This document shows, in pieces, positions 1 through 12,098 of a stretch of 64,000 nt of DNA. The notes under the pieces are model-generated. The model saw only the letters and a program-made list of their open reading frames with translations, was not told the DNA's origin and ran no database searches. Within the stretch, counting starts at the first letter, position 1. The number at the start of each line of letters is the position of its first letter. This stretch comes from Podarcis bocagei (Eukaryota), in the NCBI GenBank assembly GCA_964188305.1, contig OZ076885.1, one strand, 5' to 3'. A program made the translations under genes and the position numbers.

Positions 1-2074
1 CTTGTTCATCATGCAGTGGTGCACAATGCTCAGCCTTGGAAATAGCATGCTAGCATCAAGGATTTGTCCAGCCGAGAAAGAATACAGAAATGTAATCCCC
101 CCAACCCCTCTTTATATAGTATTTATTCTAGCTTCACAAGGTTTCCCTTCTGTGCCATTATTACTATGATTTGCCTGCACAGAAATGTAGAAAGTACAAA
201 AGCACGAAAGCTCAACAATCAGACATACATTTCCCCGTAGCAGTCCCATTGGCTGACTGCTGCTGGAAGGCTCATGTAAACCTGTCTGATTTATGTTTTT
301 CAGTAGAATTTCTGCTTCTAACAACATGATGTCAGGTTACGTAGTTCTGAAGATACCCAGCCTTTCTGTGTGTTGTGCTTTCACTGTGAAGTGGCCTTTC
401 TCCACCTTCCACACCACAGTTTCCAAGATTTGGAGAAAGGCCAAATACAGAAGCCATCTCCTATCAAACTGCAAATCTGTTGCCTGCAGTTTCCAGGCAT
501 ATGCTGGAGCTAGGTATTCCAGTTGCAGCTGTAAATATGTTTTACAGACCAGGTGTTCCAAAAGGCACATTAGATTTGTCGTCTTTGGGGGATGGGGCTT
601 CTGAGAAGCAGCTGGGGAGGGGATCAAATAAGTGTAGTGAAATACGATGCCTCAAAGTGACCTCTTAGTTTCCCCAGTAACTCTGACTGCATTCTCAAGT
701 GAAGCTTTCTGGTCATGAATATTGAATGTGCTGAAGAGTTTAAGGCTAATATAACTTAAACTGTCTAAGCTTATTTTCAGCGCTTTCGGGCTCAAGAAAT
801 CACATTGTTAGGACTTGCGTAATGGTTGCTGCTACACTTGCTAATTATTGCTTTTAAGTCCCTTGGGGTGATATCCAATGTCATGAAAATGAATGTCCCC
901 TTGTGTAATAGGTCTTCCTCTCCTTATCCTTCCTTCAGCAGCCCTCCATCTGCTCTGCAGGATCCCCAAACCTCTGGAGATAATTTGGGAATTGCACTTT
1001 GGCCATAGAAGGAGGGGGGCCCTCAAACAGCGTCTATCCTGTTGGTGTTGGGTATCACCCTTGAGCTTTTTTGCACAGTGTTTCCTGGTGTACTCATCAG
1101 TGACAGAGTTATGTTGAAGATGTACTTGTTTTTTAATATTGATATCTCAATTATTGATATTAATTAATAAATTGGCAAGGAGGGCCATATCACGTAATTT
1201 CTGTCCTGGGTAACGTGTGCAGTTGGGTAGCTTTTGGATGAAATGTCTGGATCACAAAGTGCTCTTTAGCAAGCCTTTGATGTATGATGCTACACTGCTG
1301 CGAGTAATTCATGTTTATAATCAAAGAATAGCCCAAGGACTCAGTTCCATGTAGGTGATACTTCCTAGGGATTTTTTTTTCCTCCTTCAGAATAAGACTC
1401 TCATAGGGCTTACTTATTACGCTCTGATGCTAAATAGCCATGGGGAGGAAATGGTTGTGAGAAACATCATGTTCCTTTTCAGCAATTCATTTAGTACTGT
1501 GAAAGAAGTAATTTCAGTTGCCGGTTGTAAAGAAATAACTGAAGATGTTAGCTCATGGTAGTGAGTTATTGACCTGTGTGAGAATAGTATGAAGAGCACA
1601 TCATTTTTCTGATACGAGTCAAGATAATTTACTGGGGTGAAAAACAGGAAATCAAATTTACTTATTGGGGTGAAAACAAAGAAGTAAAATTTACTTTGTT
1701 TAGCATATAACTTTCATAATCATCCAGTGACATATGGAAGACCTGGGGAAAAATAAGATTTTTTTCTAAACATGTGCACATGTATATTATGCTTATTCCT
1801 GGTTACTTACACTCTTATAAAAGAAGAGGATTCACTGTCCTTTACACCTCTTTCAAGATGCCAGTAAAGTAACTGTCAATGTCCCTTCTTGTTCTTTCAC
1901 CTTCTTTGGATTTTTGTAATACTAATTTTCTGGCCAAGCCTACAGAGTAGTCTACTCATCTTAGTAACTCTAGGCAATGCCCAGGTCATTTCAAGATGAA
2001 AAGTGAAATACAAGATTTGGTTGGGCATATGCTGCATGTGGGGGGAACCACTTACTTCTGTGAATTCATTATAG

Positions 2075-2312
2075 CAGGTGTTCTCAAATTGTGGTCCACA
2101 GACAGTGGCGTAGCGTGGGTTGTCAGCACCCGGGGCAAGGCAAGTAATTTGTGCCCCCTAACCCGTGGATTTGCGCCCCCTAACCCGTGGATTTGCGCCC
2201 CCTAACCCTAACCCCCAGATGTTGCACCCGGTGCGGCCGGCCCCCCCTGCACCCCCACGCTACGCCACTGTCCACAGACCACCAGTGGTTCATAGGGTTC
2301 ATTCAGGGGGGG
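2075..2312 (+). mobile_element. Older hAT (Charlie-like) element left end, interrupted by the MITE above
   Basis: CAGGTGTTCTCAAATTGTGGTCCACAGA|CCACCAGTGGTTCA reads through when the MITE is removed; related copy at about 21143-21200. Confidence 0.6.
2103..2270. mobile_element. Young hAT-type (Tip100-like) MITE
   Basis: 17-bp TIR CAGTGGCGTAGCGTGGG, perfect 8-bp TSD TCCACAGA (2095-2102 and 2271-2278), CpG-rich. Confidence 0.9.
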
Positions 2313-2315
2313 CTG

Positions 2316-2380
2316 AATTGTAGAAATTGTAGAGTTGGAAGGGACCCCAAGGTTCATCTAGTCCAACCCCCAGCAATGCA
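2316..2380 (-). mobile_element. CR1-type 3' tail fragment (truncated CR1 or SINE)
   Basis: GTAGAGTTGGAAGGGACCCC..CATCTAGTCCAACCCC.GCAATGCA, the same tail as at 30991, 35100, 49101 and 51827. Confidence 0.75.
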
Positions 2381-2587
2381 CGGCACATTACAACTGCTAC
2401 AACAGGCAGAAAATTCATTAAGTTGTATACCAGTGCTCTCAGCAATGGTTTCTTGCCCAGTCACCAAAAGTAAGAGTAGACCACCAAGTCACCCAGTCCA
2501 ACCTTCTGTATAATTTCTTTGCTGTTAACAACTGGGAATAGCTGTGAAGGAGTTCCTTTTAATCACAATAGTAAGTGCCCAAATTAT

Positions 2588-3070
2588 TATTCCGCTGTGT
2601 CAGACTGTATCTGGAGTATTGTGTCCAGTCCTGGGTTCCACATTTTAAGAAAGGAAAGTATCCAGAGGCGGGTGGCCAGCATGATGAGGAGTATGAAAAC
2701 CAAGGCCTGTGAGAAATGCTTGAAAGAGCTGGACATGTTTAGCTTGAAGAACAGAAGATTAAGGGGAAGTGTGGTAGCCATCTTTATATATCTGAACAGA
2801 TTTATTCTCTTGCTCCAAAGGGGAAGACAAGAACCAATGGATGTAAATTGCAGGGAAGTAGTTTTCAGCCAAATGTTGTAAGTGTTGTCCAGTAATAGAA
2901 CAGGGCACCTTGGGAGGTGATAGGCTTTCCTGCATTGGAGGCAATTCTGCAGAGACTAAATCAACATCCATCAGGGGTGCCATAGCTGCATCCTGTATTG
3001 CAGGTTCTGCACTGAGCAGGGGGTGAGCTAGTTGAAATCCAAGTTCCCTTCCTGTTCTATGATTCTGTGA
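2588..3070 (+). mobile_element. CR1 LINE 3' fragment (ORF2 end and 3' UTR), decayed
   Basis: Translates as LEYCVQ..W..HF.K..IQRR..SM.R.M..K..E..LKELDMFSLK.RRLRG..V; ends TTCTATGATTCTGTGA. Confidence 0.88.
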
Positions 3071-3546
3071 AAGAAAAGGAAAATGTGTACACTAAGTGTA
3101 TCCTCAAATGTAGCATTTGCTGATTCTGGTGCTTGGAAAAGATACTGAAACCAGAATGCATACACAGCAAGAGCCACAAATGAGGCAGGTATATGTACCT
3201 CAGCAGAAGATGCTGTCCTTATTTTATCAAATAACTCCCAGGTGAACGCTCAAATTGTGTCTGGCTTAGAATCTGTGTTGTCAGTGACTAGGCTCGCACG
3301 ACTTTCTGCCAATTAAGTTGCAATATAATTAAAGTACAAATTAAGTTTAGATGCCCCATCTGTCCTTCATTCTGTGTTACATCCAATCTTAAAACTATAC
3401 TGAGGTTGTATGTATGTTTTCCATGCATAATTTTGTTTTATTATATTCCTTAAACAGCTATTTCTTTAAAAGACCAAGGTGTCTTGCAGAAGATTATAGT
3501 ATACAAAATTAAAACAAAATGATACAAAGCAGTATTAACAATATTC

Positions 3547-3620
3547 CCCAGAGTGGCTGGGGAAACCCAGCCAGATAGGTGGAACATAGAAAATAAAATT
3601 ATTATTAATAATAATAATAT
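3547..3620 (+). mobile_element. L2 LINE 3' tail
   Basis: CCCAGAGTGGCTGGGGAAACCCAGCCAGAT plus (ATT/AAT)n, same as 37714-37795. Confidence 0.75.
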
Positions 3621-4349
3621 CACCTCAACTCAACAAACAAAAAACAAAACAAAACAGGGATGATCAGTTTAAAAAGCCACAAAAGCAAACATTCCATCAA
3701 ATCCCAGAAACGTCTTGATCTGGCATCAAAAAGATGGCAAAGTCATGTGCCAGGTGGCATCAGGGGGGGCATAAGAATAAGAATAATCAATGAGATATTA
3801 AAATTTAGGAAGGAACTGCTATTGGGAACTAATATATAGTTAAAATGTTAGAATCCAAAAGCTCATTCTGTAGTAGTCTTAGTTAAAGGAAGTCATATAG
3901 CCTTAGAACCAGAGAAATGTTGGTGGAAGAAGGGTGGAAAAGATTATATCCCCTCTAGAAGTCCCCAAGCTTCGTTCTATGGCCAGGCACACTTTGAAGG
4001 TGGGATTGCACTTTCAGGAAAAGGAGCTTCTCCCTTCTCCCCTCCACCCACAGTAGAGGGGCAGGGGGACAGTAAGGGGTGGGATGGTGAGAGAAGGTGA
4101 CATTCTACCAACCCCCTTGTGTTGGTGCTTCTCTGCATCGAAGCCATAGATGTCTATAATGCTTTACTAGTTCTTTAAATATTAGACCAAAAGTCAAAGA
4201 CAGAATCATTTAAAGGTACTGATTTATTTCTCAAGGATTTTCCTTCTTTGAGTAGTTGCTCCCTTTGATATTGTGTCACTGATGGCATAGCTCTACATGG
4301 TAATGTATCCTGTATCTGCAGAGATATCCTGGCCAGAGAAAGCTTCATT

Positions 4350-4541
4350 NNNNNNNNNNNNNNNNNNNNNNNNNNNNNNNNNNNNNNNNNNNNNNNNNNN
4401 NNNNNNNNNNNNNNNNNNNNNNNNNNNNNNNNNNNNNNNNNNNNNNNNNNNNNNNNNNNNNNNNNNNNNNNNNNNNNNNNNNNNNNNNNNNNNNNNNNNN
4501 NNNNNNNNNNNNNNNNNNNNNNNNNNNNNNNNNNNNNNNNN
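4350..4541. other. Assembly gap (192 N)
   Basis: Run of N. Confidence 0.99.
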
Positions 4542-4842
4542 AACTTTTATACTGTTCACACCACACTGTCCCTACTGGAAAACATACGTGCAGTTTTATG
4601 GTTCAGTTCATGATCCCAATTCTCACTACATTTTATTTCCTATGTTCTGCTTCTCATAAGTGTTTTTTCTCCAGTGTTTGAGTACTTCAGGTTGGCAGTA
4701 GGTCATGGAAAATAATCTTCCTTTTTGAAAACCTACTGAGCAGGGGATGTATAACCTCTGTGGGTCTGTGTGGAGTGCAGAGCACAATACTGTGGATTGT
4801 GCTGTTCCATGAATGCAAGCAAGCCATCTCTGTTAAGTGAAA

Positions 4843-5143
4843 GGGTTGGATCCAACAGCAGTTCCCAATGGTGAAAGTGTGTATGTGGGGGGATGATATT
4901 TTTTTGCTGAGTTCACCTCCTTCCTGCAAGCCTCCAGCACCACTTCTCATAATGTTCTGAAGCACCCCCACACACACACTATCTCCGGTGCAGGTTATCA
5001 GAGAGACAATTATCCCATGAGCAGAAGCCAGAGTTTCTAAACACAAGAGGAACGCTCATTCACACGAAGGGGGTGTTTTTGCACATTGAAGGGCAGTTTA
5101 CACCTGCACTAGAAAGCTGTGTGAGACAAGTGGACCCCAATCC
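4843..5143. mobile_element. Decayed MITE, probably PIF/Harbinger-type
   Basis: Ends GGGTTGGATCCA ... TGGACCCCAATCC, both flanked by AAA; related interiors at about 10100-10260, 14440-14600, 17400-17520 and 36180-36340. Confidence 0.4.
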
Positions 5144-5742
5144 AAATATGTTCTTTCAGTTGCACAAGCAGTTGTGCAAGCTCTTTCAGAAGTTTGAGTT
5201 ACTGACATGACAAGGATCCTCTTTTGGACCAATACTGCTGCGCTTTTACTCCTCCCCCACTCATTTTCTCTTTTTTTCTAAGTGTCAAGCTATGAAAAAA
5301 CATTTCCTTTATGCTATCTAGCATTTGCATGTATTTTTTATTTTTTTGCACATTGATCAGGAGCCAGTTTGACCTAAACAGCCCAACGGTCCTGCTGAAT
5401 TATTTTAGCAAAAAATTGTTGGGTGATACATGGTTTGGTCATGTACAATAATTTTTGGAATCCATTCAACTGTTGGCTCATACAACAATAAAGCCAATGG
5501 ATCAATAGTTCTTATAAAGTGATTAGCTTCAGTGAATAAGAACCTGGAGAAAATACTGAGTTAAAGGTTAAACCGTAAATAAGTTGGGAAATACCACCTG
5601 AAGAGTCTAGGCATACAAATACCCTGTTATTTTTACATCTGTGTATTGTGTATTGCATATTTTAAATGACTGCTTGCTTCCAACAGATTTTCCTTTAGTT
5701 AAAGCAAAATATAGAAGTGTTTATGAATGAACTACACAGGAA

Positions 5743-5875
5743 AGGGCTGTAGCTCAGCAGCGAAACACATTCTCTGCATAAAGAAGGCCCCAGGTTATTA
5801 TTTTTATTGTTGTTTTCTATCCTCTGTGTCTTTACATAGTGTTGGGAAGGACTCCTGATGTGCTGCCAGTCAATG
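5743..5875 (+). mobile_element. Decayed tRNA-Ala-derived SINE (5' part)
   Basis: GGGCTGTAGCTCAG..GCATAAAGAAGGCCCCAGGTT ... GGGAAGGACTCCTG..GCTGCCAGTCA. Confidence 0.6.
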
Positions 5876-7166
5876 GTGGTTGTTTTCTTTCTAATAAAAG
5901 ATTTTATTGATTTTTCAACAAAATATGAACAGAGCATTAAGTTTCTTCCAGTTTCACCCCCCTGTTTCTGGAACAGAAGATGAACCTGCCAGATTTTGCC
6001 ATAAGCCCGCTTGCAAAGTTGGTGGTTGCCAGTCATCACAGTGTTCCTTTGGATATTTTATAAATATTTTGATAAAACCATCCACATCATACATGTTATT
6101 CAAGGCAGGCACCCTCTTTGTCAGTTTCTCAGATAAGCCAATTGCCCATACATTCTGTCACTATTGTGTGATGTGTTTAACCTGGTCAGTAGCTAATAGG
6201 CAGATTGTGAAATCTTCCAACATGGTGTAATATATGTATAGTGTCCCACAAAGCATCATAGTAACTGGGTTATGAAGCTTCTGAACCAGGCACAAGGGTA
6301 GCACATGACAGTAGTCTAACTGTGAGGTTATATAGATATATTGATCACCAGGTCAAAGCTATTCCTGTCCAGGAATAGTTATTGTTCATATTGGATAATG
6401 GGATAAAATTGGGAGGAAGTGTAGTTATAGACAGAGGCTTCAGGAAAACAGGTCCCACTGTGCCTGGCAATTCCTTCTTGGGATACCGCAGAACTCACTT
6501 CTACCTGTCTCCATGGCTTTAAGGAGACTGCTTTTTTTACCAGAAAAAAAGAAAGAAAAATGAGCCAGAGTGTTCCAGCAAACCCAGTCTCAATTCCTCA
6601 AGCCCAGTAGCGTAGCCTGTGATCCAGCATTTTCCCAATAGCAGTCTTGGAGATTTCTCTGTTTCCCTGCCCCTGGCTCCAAGCCTCTGCCAGCCCTGAC
6701 AAGGTACAGCGGTATCTTTTGTAGGTTTTTAAAGAGATGGCGTTCTGGCATACCTTTCTTGTGCAGGCCACCCTGATTATCTGGGTTTAAACGACATACC
6801 CTTTGGGTGGGTGGTGTATATGTCTCCTCCTGAAGCAACTGTGTTCTGCTTTTTTCACAGAAGTTTTCCATGTGATTCTGTATAGTGTAGAGTTAAAGCT
6901 GGAAAATAAGTGAAAGGAAAAACCCCTCTTGACTTTGGCTTAGTGAATCCTAATTACATGGAATATCCCCTTGTGACCTGGCATTTTCAGAGCCAAAGGC
7001 TTATTTCAGTGAGATCCATTAGGCTGAAGAGCATTTTCCCAAAGGAGATGGCAGAATCTCTGATATTTGATATATTTAAAAGTACACTTGGGAGATAGCT
7101 AGAAAAACCTTAACTGCAGCTGGGCCCAATTTGTGTGTTGTCAAAGGCATGGGCTCAAGGGACGAT

Positions 7167-7358
7167 TAGGAACATGTAAAGGTGCCCTAGACCTAATCAG
7201 ACCTTTGGTACATCTATATTGGCATTGTCTGTAGTGACTGGCAGTTGGCTCTCCAGGGTTTCTGACAGGAACCTTTCCCAGCTGTACCTGGAAATGTCAG
7301 GGATTGAACCTGGACCTTTTGCATGCACAGCATGTGCTCCACCACAGAGCTATGGCCT
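7167..7358 (-). mobile_element. tRNA-Ala-derived squamate SINE (Squam2-like), near full length
   Basis: Reverse complement: GGCCATAGCTCTGTGGTGGAGCACATGCTGTGCATGCAAAAGGTCCAGGTTCAATCCCTGACAT (A/B boxes) ... CCCTGGAGAGCCAACTGCCAGTC ... ATGTTCCTA tail. Confidence 0.75.
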
Positions 7359-7845
7359 TTCCCTGCCTAGCTTGTATGAATTTCCAGCAGGAAATGAGGT
7401 CTGCCAGTGTGATTGTGGTCAAACATTTACTTATTCTTGGAGCACACTGATTATTAACATTCATTCCAATCTGGCTTTCAACCTCAGTTTTGCCTTTGTG
7501 AATCATTGGCTGTTGGGAGTGCAAATCTGCTAGTTCTCTTGCATTCACTTCAACTGGGTCAGTTCAACTACTCAGTGAGTCACCTCCACAAGGTTTCTTT
7601 TAGTTGTGACTTCTACATTCTGGTCTTCTTCATAGAGCCTGTAATTCCAGTAGATGATTTCTTTCTGCCTTTGGAAATTGGCTGGAACTAAGACAATAAA
7701 TAAGTAACACAGATTAATTAAATCAACTTTCACTCTTCTTTGGTACTAAGTTATTATACACGAAATTGTCCAGATCTGATAAATCTGACAGGTGTAATCA
7801 GTGGTTGTTTAAAGGCATTCAGTACCATTTCCCAGTTCCGTGTAA

Positions 7846-7985
7846 TGAGCTCTTTTGAGTAAGAGCCACCTTCATCAGATGCGACTGGCGACATGGGCTC
7901 TGGCCATAAATATATTCATGCCACAGTAAACCAGTTAATTGCTAAGAACACCGTGTTCTCATAGGTTTTGGGGGGTTTTTTGGTC
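7846..7985. mobile_element. Penelope-like retroelement remnant, two inverted terminal modules
   Basis: CCACCTTCATCAGATGC (CTGATGA on minus) followed by a decayed plus copy ..TGGGCTCTGGCCA..ATGCCACAGTAAA..GTTA; matches recalled reptile Penelope termini. Confidence 0.5.
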
Positions 7986-8504
7986 ACTATAAGTTTCATT
8001 CTTTTGTCTTGGACCAAAATCTTTGTTTCCAAGGCCATTACTATATAAGAGCTCTGTTAAGTCCCTAGGCAACAATGCTGTGATGTCTGTATAATTACGC
8101 TATCATAAATTTAATAAACTACAGATTGCTCATTTTCTGAACACATAAAGTGCAAATTGCAAAATGCATTTGTCCTTCCCTATGCTGAACACTTATAAGT
8201 ATGTGGTCTTATTCCGCTCCACCTTCAAAATTTAAAAGAGAGGATATACTGTATCTAGTTCATGTTTATGCTGTAGTTTGATTAAAGTTGGAATTGTTTA
8301 TTTTTGTGTGTGTGCAGCATTTTTGAGATGTGGGGGATGTTCTTTTGGCTATTGTTGAGTCTTCAAATCATAGTGCCAGATTCTTCCACAATGGAATGAC
8401 TGAAACAGAAAAATTGAAATGATAGCAATTGTAAATGTTTAAATATTTTGTGGTATTTCAAAGAGATACAGAGGTTTGTCCCATTCTTTAGCACCACAAA
8501 TGAA

Positions 8505-8800
8505 CCAGAAGCACACCTCATATCAGCAAGGAATTCTGACTTCCGTGTATAGTGGGCCCAACTCTGTGGAATCCCCTCCCATCAGAAATCAGGCTGCTGA
8601 GTTTCAGGTATAAAAGGTTTTATTTCAGCAGGCCTTTGTATTTTAAACATTGCTCTAATGTTTCTATTTTCTGATGTTTTAGCATATGTTTTGAACCTTG
8701 CACATTGTGTGGTTTTGTTGCTTCCCTTCTGTAAGTCATTTTGAGGCATAGTGAAAAGTGGGGTGTGTGAATTCCTTAAATGAATGGATAAATACAAAAC
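8505..8800 (+). mobile_element. Old L2 LINE 3' fragment
   Basis: GGGCCCAACTCTGTGGAATCCCCTCCCATCAGAAATCAG (P.LWN.LP.EIR) ... TTTCAGCAGGCCTTT ... TGTAAGTCATTTTGAG tail. Confidence 0.6.
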
Positions 8801-11114
8801 GTCTCATTTTCAATTTCTAATCAGTAAAATAATCAGGTAGTAATATATGTCGTTCTAATGTTCCACACAAATGCTGTCCTGGAAAGGGAGAGGATAGAGA
8901 ATCAGACCTAAGAACAGGCATTTATCTGGATGCTCAAAAGGTCATTGGCAAATCTCATCTGGCAAAGCAACCAGCTATGCTTTCAACATTTAATTTCCCC
9001 CAATATCATCAAAAAGGAAATTAAGCTAAAACAAATATAGATCCATACTTTTTTTTGAGGGTGAGGGAAGCAGTATGTTGAGATGCAATGCATTGTTGAC
9101 AACTTTGTTATCTAGTCAGTAGACCACTTGGCCTGTGGCACATTAAGAAGCTTCTAGTACATACTCCCTTTTCTTCCCTTTGTCTCCTTCTCTTTCCTCA
9201 ATAAACAATCAGAGAAGTGTGAAGGCAAATTTCCAGGCAGTCCTTGGTATAATTCTTCTGTGCTGCTTTGCAATCTACTTTCGAATGTGGTGGGATAATA
9301 AATCCACAGTGTGTGCGCAAGCCCCTGGGTGAGCATATAACCCGCAAGAAGTAGTTTTCTGTTGTAAACCGATTACCTCTAAGCAGGCAAGAAAAGGAGG
9401 GTTAGTTATTCCCACAACTCCTAGCCATAATGAGGTTGAAGGATGTGCTGTGGGATACATAATTTGCCGTGTTGTAATACTTTCAAAACTTGTTTGGGCC
9501 TGTAAGATAGTTCACTTGATATTTAGGATTGAAATAAAATCAGCTAGGTGCCAGATCAATGCTTTTGGGCTGCGGCATATACGCATGGTAGTGTGTGTGT
9601 GTGTGGGGGGGGGCATTTCCCAGCCAAAGGAATGCACACACAGTTAACTCTTTATTGTCAAAGCTAATACAGTAGTTTCTATGGCTCTGAATACCCACCC
9701 AGGCTAGCATCTAGGCAACTATTCCCAGGTCTGCACTCTATGGAACAGTTGCAGCAACAGGGGGCCACACTCCCCTCCATCAGTTTATGTACCCCCCCCC
9801 ACATGGGCTGTTTGCACACAGCTTTCTCTACCCATCTCTCTTCAATCTCCTCCTGCAGTGGTGTGGAAGCATCTAACCCTTCACTTGCCTGGTCTGTCTC
9901 TTTCTCATCTTTTGACCCCGTTCTGTGCTCCTACCTCCAGCTCTGAAGCTTCCCTTGCCTCTCACTCTTGCCTCCTGGCTGGTACAGTTCCTTACAAATC
10001 ACTGGCCCCCTCTCTTGATTCAGACTCTATCCTCCCTTCCCCCGGTGCACACTCATCAGAATCTTGCCAGCCCCTGGCATGAGGCATCCAACTAACACAT
10101 TCCATAAGTGCAAAGATTTGTGCTTGTGCAAAAAATCACCACTCTGCCCTCCATGATCCCTAAACCTGTTCTAGAGGTTATCCCAACCTTTTGGAGCAGG
10201 GATGCACAGGAAGAGGAGAGGGGCAAATGTTGCAATTGCAGCTAACACAATTCATGCAATTCTCTGTTTGTATCAATATGCAATATACTTCTATGCTTCC
10301 TTCTCTGCATGGAGTGTTTCATCTTATTATTCTACTGTCTCCAGAAACACTTTTTTTGGTGAGTAAATAGAGAGAATACTGGTTTTAAATTTGCTTTTTC
10401 TTTTGGCACATGACCAGTGGTTGTATTGATGGAGTCAATGATTAAAAATAAAGTTATCATGAACACAGCTAAAGCTATTTTTTTCTGCTTTGTTTTGTTT
10501 CAGTATGAAAAATCAGAAAAATAATATAAACCCAAACAAGTTTTGAAAATATAACAGCAGTGTACATTTCTGAAAATACAGAAATGATTTTTTAGAAGTA
10601 CATTTATCATGGTATTTCTTTTAATTTGCACTCCTGCTGTACTATAAATGTAATAACCATCAAAATGAAAAATGCAACAGATTGATAATACCATTGAGTT
10701 TTAATTAAAGCACTGAATTGAAAAAGGCCCAGATGGATAACAGGATAATGTAGTTATAACCCTGTTATGAAAAATGCTGGGCTGCCAGTTATAGCATCTT
10801 ATAAATAAAATGTATGCCAAAATAACATAGTTTTTTTTAGAAGACTACCCAAAAATTAATCATTTAAGTCTGCAAAACAGATGGTTTCTCTGTTTTATTT
10901 GGTTTGTCTGAAAGGCACAGATCTCTTTAAATCAGTAAATGTTCCTTTCCTCCCAATTGCCCCGATCCCTCTCCAGCTACTCCATCCAGTTCTGTCACTA
11001 CTGGTTCACAGTTGTAAAATCTCTGCAACATTAAACTCTGAAAGGTCAGTAGGTGTTTGTATTTGACTATTTAACATACTGAAATACTAATGGAGTTTAA
11101 AACAGAAAGCCAGC

Positions 11115-11212
11115 ACTGCAACCATATGTCTTGTCTACTTAGAGGTATGCCCAATTGATTTCAGTGGGATCTACAGTACTCTCCAGTGGGTGTGCATAGC
11201 ATTGCAGCCTGA
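11115..11212. repeat. About 90-bp palindromic squamate interspersed repeat (MITE-like)
   Basis: CTGCAACC..ATTGATTTCAGTGGGA..GCATAGCATTGCAGCC; related copies at 14225-14305, 29890-29975, 50495-50585 and 61495-61570. Confidence 0.55.
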
Positions 11213-11380
11213 ATATCTCATGATGGCTATAAAACCTGTCCTCCATTACAGGTGGCATTGTGCCCTGTTCAACTATTGCTATCTGTGACATTGCTGTCAC
11301 TAACTATATTAAAGGAAGTCGCCATCCACATCTGAAAATCACTCAGCGATGAAAACCATATGCCATTGCTGTGTTGTGCG

Positions 11381-12098
11381 TGTTTTGACAGCTCCATAGG
11401 TTGTGCCCGTCATTTTAAATGAAACTCAGTAAGCTACACTTAGTATAAAAGTCCAGAGCAGACCATTTGTTTAGCCAAGAGGCCTAACTTGGAAAAGCTT
11501 TAGGAGCTGGGCAGCTGAAGATAGCTAAGGCTTCAACCCTACACCTGGGCATAAGACCTCATGAACTCAGGTTCCTGGCTCTGGAGCTGATCCAGGGGTC
11601 AAGGCACCTGAAGGTCAGTCTTACACAAACACAGTCCCAAAGAGCTCTCTAGAACACCTGAGCTGCGTTTCAACTAACGAGGGCAGTTGAGCAAACACAG
11701 CACCTCAGCTCTGCTTTCCTTTGCCTGCTGATTGCAGCATCTGGGCTTGATGAGGCATGTGACTCTCACCTGCTCCAAGCCTACTCCAGCTGAGGAATCA
11801 CACATCTCCTCCTAGAGCTAACGAGCCCCACCTGGCCAGCTGTGGACTTTTCCTGCCTCAGCCTCCCAGAGTGCCACTCCCTTACACCTCAGAGCCCTTT
11901 GTGTTTGAGGAGACAGGGGCCTCTCTGGCTATGGTGATGGGTCCTGCTGCTCTGGTTCCTGTGCACTGACCACCATCCTCTGTTGTCCCGTGAGTATTTT
12001 CTACATCAACCTCTCCTCAGTCCCCAGCCTGCCTTTTTGTCCCAGTCATGGCTACACCCCTTTTCCTCCCCCCCCCCCTGTCCTGCCAGTTCATGACA
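11381..12098 (-). mobile_element. Putative solo LTR (Gypsy-like)
   Basis: About 720-bp GC-richer island bounded by TGTTTTGA...TCATGACA (TG..CA, imperfect inverted ends); no clean TSD. Confidence 0.4.
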
